A DNA stretch of 64,000 nucleotides, taken from assembly GCF_006345805.1 (NCBI RefSeq), contig NC_043001.1:105276001-105340000 (forward strand), read 5' to 3'. The DNA comes from Octopus sinensis (Eukaryota). Numbering within the stretch: the first letter of the stretch is position 1; the number at the start of each line of letters is the position of its first letter. A program made the translations under genes and the position numbers. The notes under the pieces were generated by a model. That model was given only the letters and a program-made list of their open reading frames with translations. It ran no database searches and was not told the origin of the DNA. Shown here in pieces: positions 55,454 to 64,000 of this stretch.

Positions 55454-55856
55454 CGTAGTCAGACCCAGCAGGTAAATAAAATCTTCGAACAGACGGTCGG
55501 TAGCGACAACCCTGAAACATGCCTGCAGATGTCTGACCAGCAAGGTGAAGCGGCTGACCTCCCTTGTTCGAAGGTTGTAATGGACGCAGGTTCGTGTGTC
55601 AAATAGCTAGTTAGAGGCGATGGTCTCATGGAGCTAATCAGCGACAGCTTTAGTCTTAAAATTTATGGACTGCCATATTAGTTTGGCGATAACTATTAAT
55701 ATCCAGTAACGCTGCCGTAATCACCTTTAGAGAGACTTAGTAATTTTAATATTTCTATTATTGAAAACAAGTGGATGTGTAACTAGGTAAATGTGTAACT
55801 AGATGTGTAACTAGGTAAATAAAATCTTCGAACAGACGGTCAGTAGCGACACCTGC

Positions 55857-57517
55857 GTGTTTTTGTTTTTAAGAAAGGTGTTTTTGTTTTTTGGTGACGG
55901 ATATTTCTGATTACGTTATTGTTGTGTCGCGGTTGTGAGATCGAATTCGTTGGTGGAAGCGGTTGCGGCGTTGGGAATTTTTTTCTCAAAAATGCAAACC
56001 CAAACGTATGCGGGAGCGGCGGGCAAGGGCCTGGCTGCGAGCGAACTACAGTTGGAAGAAGTTATAGTCGAGAAGGAGATTTTGAAGAATTATTTCGACA
56101 GCTTGAAGAGAGAAGGTGATTGTGTGAGGGTCACACCATCTGAAGAAGAAGCGAAAAACGCAGAGAAACGTATCATAACATACAGAACGTGGAGCGTGGC
56201 TTCAAAGAAAATAGAAGTGGCACCGATAGAGGAAATTGAGTGCTGTCTGGATGAAATTGAAGGAAAAGCTACCTACTACAACAGGGGCAGAAAATTTGCA
56301 ACAGTGGTCGTGCATTTTAAAAACGAAGACGAAGCGAAAAGGAATGCAACGAAAATTTTGAAAACAGAAAGATGGATATTATGGAAAAAGGGCAGTAAGG
56401 ATACGAATAAGTAAGATTTCACCGGAGCTGAATATGGAAAGGATTTTAGCAGCAGAGGTATTCAACTGCAAAGAAAACGTGGAAATATTGAAAGCGGAAA
56501 GGTCAAAAGAAGTAAAGTGGAGGGGTTATGCGGTGCAGGCATTAGTCCACATTACCATACCTGACCTGTACAACATCCCGGAGGAGTTGGTGTTCCCCGA
56601 CGAGACACGTCTCAGAGTCGTGGTGGAGGGGAGACCCCCCTCTGTGTTATAAATGTAAAATTAGAGGCCACAATGAGGATGTGTGTCCGGAAAAAAGAGT
56701 ACAGGAGGAGAAGATAACATTGGAGGCTCGGATGGAGGAGCGACAAATGACGGATGTGGAGGAGGAATGTGAGAATGCAGAGGATGTGGAAAGTGGTGAA
56801 GTGTTGGAGAAAGAAAAGGAAAGAACAGAAGAGAGAAAGAGAACGAGGGTGGAATCACCACCTAAAGTTTAAAAAAAACCAAGGGGAAGACAAAAGACGA
56901 AATGGAAGATCGAACGTGCGAAGATAAGGAAGCAAAAGAAAAAGAGAAAGAACAGACAGACCAAGAATGGGAAACAAGAGTGAAAGAGCAGTTGGAAGCA
57001 TGTAAAGAGGGAAGAAGACCCGAAGAAAAATTCTTAAAGCAGTAATATTGTATATGAAAAACAAAGAAATCGAAAAGAAGCTGGCAGGTAAGAAAGGTTT
57101 AATCAGAGTTAAGTTGAACCCAGAAATATTTGGTGACCAAGTGAAGTCAGCGGTAGTAGAGAAAGAGACATTTTACAAATAGAAAAATATGTTTTTCGGT
57201 GTATATGAAATGCAATATATACGTTACGACACTTTGCCGGCTGTTATAAACCAGATGGATTTAATAGAATACGTTACAGATGAGCGCCCGAAGTAGCAGA
57301 ATTGTATACGAAATTGTAAAATTTTAAAATTGTAAATTGTAAAAACTGTATTTTAAATGAAACTGCGAGTTTTGGGGGGCTCGTAATCCGTTCCATCTAA
57401 TTCATTATAAATATTCATTTTCACCTCATATTTTTCGATTTTTTAAATTTATGTACCCCACGTCCTGTTTTGTAATGTCCCCTCTTAATTCAGGCCTTAG
57501 TGCCTATAATAAAGATT
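55857..57517 (+). mobile_element. ORF1-only non-autonomous non-LTR retroelement, element 2
   Basis: TSD GTAGCGACACCTGC (55843-55856, 57521-57534; 17 bp with one mismatch if extended). Single degraded ORF 55992-57296. Ends CAGGCCTTAGTGCCTATAATAAAGA. Confidence 0.85.
55992..57296 (+). pseudogene. LINE ORF1/gag-like protein homologous to the 52445 protein, about 435 aa, several frameshifts and stops
   Basis: MQTQTYAGAA..., KRIITYR...KKIEV...RGRKFATVVVHFK, RLRVVVEGRPP, then CYKCKIRGHNEDVC in a shifted frame. Confidence 0.78.
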
Positions 57518-57548
57518 TCGGTAGCGACACCTGCTGGGTCTGACTACG

Positions 57549-57589
57549 CTGCATTGATAAAGGGCAACAACCCTGAAATATGTCTGCAG
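57549..57589 (+). ncRNA. Type-I hammerhead ribozyme with compensated U3-A8 core
   Basis: CUGCA-UUGAUAA-AGGG(caacaa)CCCU-GAAA-UAUG-UC/UGCAG: 5-bp stem I, 4-bp stem II, near-palindromic stem III, GUC site after 57584. Confidence 0.7.
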
Positions 57590-57827
57590 ATGTCTGACCA
57601 GCAAGGTGAAGCGGTTGACCTCCCCTGTTCGAAGGTTGTAATGGACGCAGGTTCGTGTGTCATATAGCTAGCTAGAGGCGATGGCCTCTTGGAGCTAATC
57701 AGCGATAGCTTTAGTCTTATATTTATGGACTGCCATATTAGTTTGGCGATAACTATTAATATATATATATATACTTATATATTTATATACATATATTTAT
57801 ATACACACACACATATATATATATAAT

Positions 57828-57868
<41 letters not shown>

Positions 57869-59101
57869 ATATATATATATGCATATGTATATATATGTAT
57901 ATATATATATATATATATATGCATATGTATATATGCATATGTATATATGTATATATGTATATATAAAATAAGTGTTATAACACTATTCCACATACCCCAA
58001 AACAACCATACCAACAATCCAATATACGTCCATCATCAGCTGCTCCACATATATCATTATGGTTTCGACCCCTGGACAGAGCCATTCAATTCGTCAGTGT
58101 CAACACCATTAAAAGAACTGTTGTTTGGGAACAAACATGCCAAGACAAACCATAACTTACAAACATATTTACAGCAGCATTCTAGCTAAATATAGGCAGA
58201 ATTAAACACTAACGACGTGTGTGTGCACCAACCTATGTGATGCATGTTTGCTCTGATAAAAGAATTTGTATTAAAGTGATGTTAGAGAATATAAAAGGCT
58301 TTATCAAATTATAAATAAAAATAAGAAATATAGAAATGAATTTTATGTCTATCAAGCTAGATATCAAAGAGTTAGTAACAAAATTAATAGCTGATAGATT
58401 AAAATGGCAGGTTTTGGCGTCCCTTTTAAATACATCTATTGCCCATATAATAAAGTAAATTTCAGGGGAAACCCTAAATGTAAATCAGTGATCCCAGAAA
58501 TGACACAGACCGGTATAGTTGTAAAGAAAGATAAAAAAAATTATTTCAGGGTAAATCATTATGGTGCAATATTTTTGAAGCGGCGATATCTTTTCGCGGG
58601 TTAAAAGAAAAGAAAATACTGTGGGCTCACGCAGTTCTATATAGTTAATATATCCTTAAACAACCGACAATTTGTTAATGAAGGCTATAAATGGTGCGTA
58701 AACAGTCACATATATTAATGAACGAGAAGTGCAAGTGATGATAAACATAAGAAAATCACTGCGGTAATTTGGAAACGATATTTGAGGAATGAAAGGCGGG
58801 GATGGGTTGTTTGATGTATCTACCAGTGAGAATATATGATGGAAATTGAGTGGAAGTTTAGGGATATATATTCTAGATTTGTCTATGAGAAGTTTTCCTG
58901 AAATAGATTGTTTTATATCAAGATGATAGCCTGATTATATCGAGAAATTTTAATAGCCATACGTTTGATAGATTTTGGAAATTTTCATGAAACAGGACAC
59001 GTTATTACCAGATACGAAATTCAGAAACACACGTTTTATAAACACTAGAATGAAACCTGATTAAAATACTTTAAACTAAATGAGATTATGAGGGAACATA
59101 C

Positions 59102-59277
59102 ATAGAATCGATTCGCCAACGTAGCCTCTTGAGGAACTTGAATGACAACGGCAGTAAAAAAAAAACTATTCTTGATATCTTCCAATAAAACTGCCTTTAT
59201 GGGCAGCTGAATAATAATTAGGTATTCAGAAATGGTGAATTCTCCAATAAAATCATTACACAAAACAAAACGAGAAT
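59102..59277 (-). CDS. Candidate host-gene exon (176 bp, phase 1-0); product unknown
   Basis: TTTTCCTTTTCCTATTCTTACCCCTACTCTATAG| acceptor and TAT|GTATGT donor; only one frame open: (D)SRFVLCNDFIGEF...EATLANRFY. Confidence 0.33.
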
Positions 59278-59865
59278 CTATAGAGTAGGGGTAAGAATAG
59301 GAAAAGGAAAATTTCAATTGATAAAAACCAGTGTTCAGAATAGCAGTAGGAGCAAATATAGACTGATTTCTTAATCTAATAAATACCATTTTCTACTGTA
59401 TAATATGTATCGTAACATACTAAGTAAGTTAAGACTCCAGTTTATCAAAGTTTCTCTTGTTATATCAGGGAATATAATGCTTGAAATTAATTATAAAGAT
59501 AAGCAAACTGTTAGCCAACAACGATCAACATCGGAAAAATTCGTGGATAATGCACGCAAGATATTAATTGTTTCGCTCAGAAAATAATCTACATCGCTGA
59601 AGTAGAAAAAACAACCTGAAATATATATTAGGGTAACTAATAAGTCAATTAAATTTCTACTTAGTAATATTCTGCATCTTCCTACAGTAAACACCTATGC
59701 ATTTGTCAATCAAATATTGTTCATAATTCGTAAATAATTTTCGCTGATAATGGCAAAAGTAACTTATCGATTTAAATTTGTCTTAAAGTACACCAAGTAT
59801 CGCTGACAATTGTTATTAAAAAGTATTTTGTAATGATCGACATGTATCGACCGATATGGAAAATG

Positions 59866-59933
59866 TAATTTGCCAACTTAACATGGCAGTCCTGGTTCCT
59901 AAACCACGAATGCCATGTTATGTTGGCAAATTA
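59866..59933. repeat. Small hairpin repeat (23-bp arms, one mismatch)
   Basis: TAATTTGCCAACTTAACATGGCA ... TGCCATGTTATGTTGGCAAATTA; related half-copy at about 36550-36580. Confidence 0.7.
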
Positions 59934-60455
59934 TCTCTACTCCAAAGTACTGTTGCTGAATAATATCTCGTTTTGAGATTTACAAATAGTTTTCTAATAT
60001 GGAAAATGTCGTACAAGAAGATGCGCACTGATTCATAAAAACTAAGTTTAATACATAAATAAATATAGCAATACAAATATTTCCTTGTTCAGGACTTGGT
60101 GGGGAATATGTTAATGGTGCTTGACGTTGGCTGTTATGTGTATTTCTCCTGAAATTTATGGCTGTTGCAACAAGGACTGTGTAGTAAATCCCGCAGGTAT
60201 TGATGGCCGTGATTATGAAAGAATTTTGTGCAAGAATTCGTTGTCTAATCCCTACAGTGCATGTCTAGCGTATCTTTGAAATTTTCGTACACGTCCATTT
60301 AGATTCGTTTCGATATTCCTTGAAAAATATGGATAATCCAATATATAGGTTATCGGAAGTGATTCTATGATCATGTTTTGGTTTGATTACTGTCGGTTTT
60401 CAAGCGTAATGCTACAAGCTTTCGTGGACTGCAAACGAAAGTTGCCGACAAACGT

Positions 60456-60734
60456 TCACAATTTTCGTTTGCACCGACAAATGATTTTTATAGTATATTT
60501 TCGAATCTTTGAACCCGGATAGAAAGCAATTCCTGTCAACTGTTCAATTCCCAGTTCACAACAAACATGCTTTAATTTAGATGATGTAAATTGAATTCCG
60601 TTGTGAGATATAATTTTCTCGAGCAATCCTTTAAAGATAAATACATTACCAGGTATTGTGAATGTTTGATTAGAAGGCGTTGATGTCAATTCGACATATG
60701 GTGATTCCGAGAAGGAATCAATAAAATAAACCAT
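60456..60734 (-). pseudogene. Gypsy-type integrase core remnant
   Basis: IDSFSESPYV...IFKGLLEKIISHNGIQFTSSKLKHVCCELGI...FYPGS resembles VDYFSK.PE...GLPE.IVSDNGPQFTS.EF..FC..LGI...HP.SNG. Confidence 0.7.
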
Positions 60735-61922
60735 ATTTTATCGGAAAATGTTTCGGCTTATTCGATAAATACTAGTTGCTTTATTCCAGATGCTTTGGGC
60801 CATTTATTATATTCTTCATGTTATGTATTGCCAATTCATTAACAGCGAGTTCATGAATTGATTATTGTATTTATATCGAATTGTATTACAGTCAATATTG
60901 GAATCTCCGACTCATTTGTTTTATTCAGACCATACTTCTGTGAAAATGAAGCAGTTAAGCCACCATTTAATTTTGGAATATTTTCAAAATTAATATTGTG
61001 GGAAAAGTTTGAGTACAAATTTAATAAATCCCCATGATGATAATTAATTGCATCAACATTTATCCAATATTCTCTTCAATGTTTGTCTTCAATATATTTT
61101 AATTTTTTGGTCAAACATTTTCGGTGAATTGTTTAATTTGAAAAAGATGGTCACGAATTCCATGAGTGATTCAATCTCATTACAACTAACTGTCATTCCA
61201 TCGAGAATTTCATTAATAACACGATGCTCTTCCAGATAGAAATGATTGCATGATTTTTGCCATACTTTATCATTTTCATATGCATAAGCAGTTTCTGTTT
61301 CTCCAAAGCGTCATATCCCAATACACAATGTTATTCAACGTTGGAGAGCGTGGTAACTAAATTAAAGCATATATTTTGCCGGAGAGGAATAGAGTTTTAA
61401 AGGCTTGTTAAATCAAATATCCTAACGGTTGCATGTAATAAATAAAGCCTTTTATTGCTATCTTAGGCGAGTGAGCCAACACCCGTGTAAAAGCATTTAC
61501 AACGTCGTACCAGAACACTATCCACTCAACCGTGAAGAGAGCTGCTATCAGTATCACTTGGGAGCTTTAATTATAGTGCGTATTCACAAATTAATTGTCT
61601 AATGACCCAGAACAGCAAATCTGTATGGCCATTCCTCTGAAGACTTAAATTAATTGTTCTTTATCGTTCACTCATTTGAAAATCTAAATATGTTAGATTC
61701 TTACTCAAAGTCTAATAATACCTTAATTCTGACATAATTTGTAGCAAATCAGAAATGAGTTGACTTATATTCTTACAAGCATGTATATACTTACATATAC
61801 ATAGATACATACGCATACACACATACATGCATCATATACTTTTCAAAATGTAACCCACATGTGAATCGTTGTCGATTTTTCCCCTCCGTCTTCCTTTTCT
61901 CTTGGACTTTACTCTGTCGCTT

Positions 61923-61957
61923 GTTTCTGAAGAAGAGCTTTGCTCGAAACGTAAAAC
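61923..61957 (+). ncRNA. Minimal type-I hammerhead ribozyme, apparently intact
   Basis: GUUU-CUGAAGA-A-GAGC(uuu)GCUC-GAAA-CG-UA/AAAC; palindromic ACGU stem III; site after 61953. Confidence 0.75.
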
Positions 61958-62018
61958 CACCTTTCTTTCCTTTCCTGAGCGTCTGCTATTATTTTACATG
62001 TACCATGTCCTCGTGTTG

Positions 62019-62070
<52 letters not shown>

Positions 62071-62133
62071 ATATATATATAAGAAATATTGAGTTTCTAA
62101 ATCTCTCGTAGAGAGGTGTACGGTGGTGAAGCG

Positions 62134-62327
62134 ATATAATGGTTGTATACTGTCAATCTAACAAGTTCCGGCAGTTGGGGGTGTTTGTCTCCCCTTCGTA
62201 TGTGTATATAAGGACACAGGATAAAATGTGTCGAGCTGTCAGGAGGCGTTCGATGCCTCCTAGGGCTATATAACGGTGGTGTACCCCCTACTGTCACGTT
62301 CTTGTTAGATTGACAGTATACAACCAT

Positions 62328-62332
<5 letters not shown>
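62134..62332. mobile_element. MITE-like element with perfect 32-bp terminal inverted repeats
   Basis: ATATAATGGTTGTATACTGTCAATCTAACAAG (62134-62165) and its exact reverse complement (62301-62332). Confidence 0.75.
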
Positions 62333-62395
<63 letters not shown>

Positions 62396-62844
62396 GTATA
62401 TATATATTTATATATGTATATATATATATGTATATATATATAATATCTCCCACCCCACCCCAAAAAACACAACGAAGATCAAACACAAAAGAATAACAAT
62501 GCGAGGACCTGGTACATGTAAAATATTAGCAGACACAAAGGGAAGGAAAGAAAGGTGGTTTAACCTTTCGAGCAAAGCTCTTCTTCAGAAACTGGAGACA
62601 GAGTAAAGTCCAATAGAAAAGGAAGGCGGAGGGGAAAAGTGCGATTACAAATCGCCATAAATTACAAAGGTGTGAATGTTTTGGTACGCTTGAGTTGTAC
62701 ATGCGTATATATGGTCGAAGACAAAATAAGACAATACGTTAAATGAAATATAACAGTAACATCATTATTTTTGGTTTATAAACAATACATCAAAAATTTT
62801 TTAAAAAGTGAATTGGGAATATGAGGAAAAGTTTTCTAATAAAT

Positions 62845-63238
62845 GTTAACAATAATATTCTTTTCTCCTCTAGGCACCGAGTATGGGGCCATTCGATTGG
62901 ATCGATCAGTACGCAACTGGTACTTAATTTATCAAACCCGACATGATGAAAGGCAAAGTCGACCTCGGTGGAATTTGAACTCAGAACGTAACGGCAGACG
63001 AATTACCTATTTCTTTACTACCCACAAGGGGCTAAACACAGAGAGGACAAACAAGGACAGACAAAGGGATTAAGTCGATTACATCGACCCCAGTGCGTAA
63101 CTGGTACTTATTTAATCGATCCCGAAAGGATGAAAGGCAAAGTCAACTTCAGCGGAATTTGAACTCAGAACGTAACAGCAGACGAAATACGGCTACGCAT
63201 TTCGCACGGCGTGCTAACGTTTCTGCCAGCTCGCCACC
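62845..63238 (-). mobile_element. Dimeric tRNA-derived SINE (tail A unit then tail B unit)
   Basis: Same A-to-B junction AAAGAAATAGGTA(A/T)TTCGTC as 10764-11135. Confidence 0.85.
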
Positions 63239-63568
63239 TTGTTAGCAATATTATTAATAATAGAAAGGGCGGCGTGCTTACAGAATCGTTACCATCGCGA
63301 GCAAAATGCTTGGTGATAATTCACCCGCCTTTACGTTCTGAGTTGAAGTTCTGTCGACGTCGAATTTGCCTTCCGTCATTTCAGTATTGATCAAATAATT
63401 TACAATTGATCACTTGGTTCGATGTAATCATCTTAACTTCTCTCGAAATTACTTAAAAATTCTCCTGCAATTTTACTAGTGACAAGTATCGTTTTCCATT
63501 GCGACCAGTCTATATGAATGACTGCAAGTAAAAGGGACTGTCCTTGTGGTAATTGTTTTATAGCAATA

Positions 63569-63805
63569 GGGCGACGAGCTGGCAGAAACGTTAGCAAGCC
63601 GGGCGAAATGCTAAGCTGTATTTCGTTTGTCCCTACGTTCTGAGTTCAAATTCCGCCGAGGTCGACTTTGCCTTTCATCCTTTCGGGGTTGATTAAATAG
63701 GTGTCAGTTACGCACTGTGGTCGATATAATCGACTTAATCCGTTTTTCTGTCCTTGTTTGTCCCCTCTGTGTTTAGTCCCTTGTGGGTAGTAAAGAAATA
63801 GGTAT
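63569..63805 (+). mobile_element. tRNA-derived SINE monomer with tail A
   Basis: Full head and body; tail GTCCCCTCTGTGTTTAGTCCCTTGTGGGTAGTAAAGAAA (63760-63798). Confidence 0.85.
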
Positions 63806-64000
63806 TTGTTTTATAGTAATTTTACCAGATATGCAAATTTTAAGTAGGGTAATATTCTTTTCTACTCTAGGCTCAAGACCCGAAATTTTTGGGGAGGGTG
63901 CCAGTCGACTTGATCGGCCTAAGTACGCAAATGGTACTTAATTTACCCAACCCGAAAGTAGGGTAGCAAATTTTAATTATAAACCTCACAAATCAATTGT

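Larger units (their letters stand above)
55181..57762. mobile_element. Penelope-like pseudo-LTR array: inverted copy plus two tandem copies, interrupted by element 2
   Basis: 55181-55435 and 55506-55761 are inverted ~255-bp arms. Leader GGTAAATAAAATCTTCGAACAGACGGTC(G/A)GTAGCGACA at about 55471 and 55814. Third copy at 57521-57762. All three copies hold hammerhead parts. Confidence 0.75.
61877..62638. mobile_element. Penelope-like pseudo-LTR pair, inverted, ~145-bp arms
   Basis: 61877-62021 versus about 62494-62638, each with a hammerhead motif; the spacer holds (TA)n and a MITE-like insert. Confidence 0.7.

Noticed and set aside
58055-58100. CUGACGA...GAAAC on the minus strand
   Set aside because: Seven extra nucleotides before any stem II and no stem I partner.
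58404-58604. 66-aa ORF as an integrase C-terminal piece
   Set aside because: Opposite strand to the integrase remnant and no diagnostic motif.

Overview
Eukaryotic, AT-rich, microsatellite-saturated DNA that is intronic or intergenic. The repeat complement (tRNA-derived CORE- and Meta-like SINEs, Penelope-type inverted repeats) looks like an octopus/cephalopod genome; that assignment is inference from recalled repeat sequences. No intact host gene is visible, only two candidate minus-strand exons. Most ORFs in the supplied track are microsatellite artefacts. Recognisable mobile elements: two tandem 3' ends of an L1/Tx1-type LINE; three mariner remnants (one full length, with TIRs); an internally deleted pogo-like element; a CR1-type RT fragment; a non-autonomous Helitron; six R4/Dong-type fragments next to (TAA)n; Gypsy remnants; MITEs; many SINEs; and several Penelope-like inverted repeats carrying minimal hammerhead ribozyme motifs. 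Highlights: (1) two divergent 1.5-1.7 kb elements, each with its own target-site duplication, encode only a LINE ORF1/gag-like protein and no RT/EN; (2) their 3' stem-loop/AATAAAGA tails match the tails of the local LINE and of two SINE tail types; (3) a Penelope-like repeat carries a hammerhead with the compensated core UUGAUAA (U3-A8) instead of CUGAUGA.
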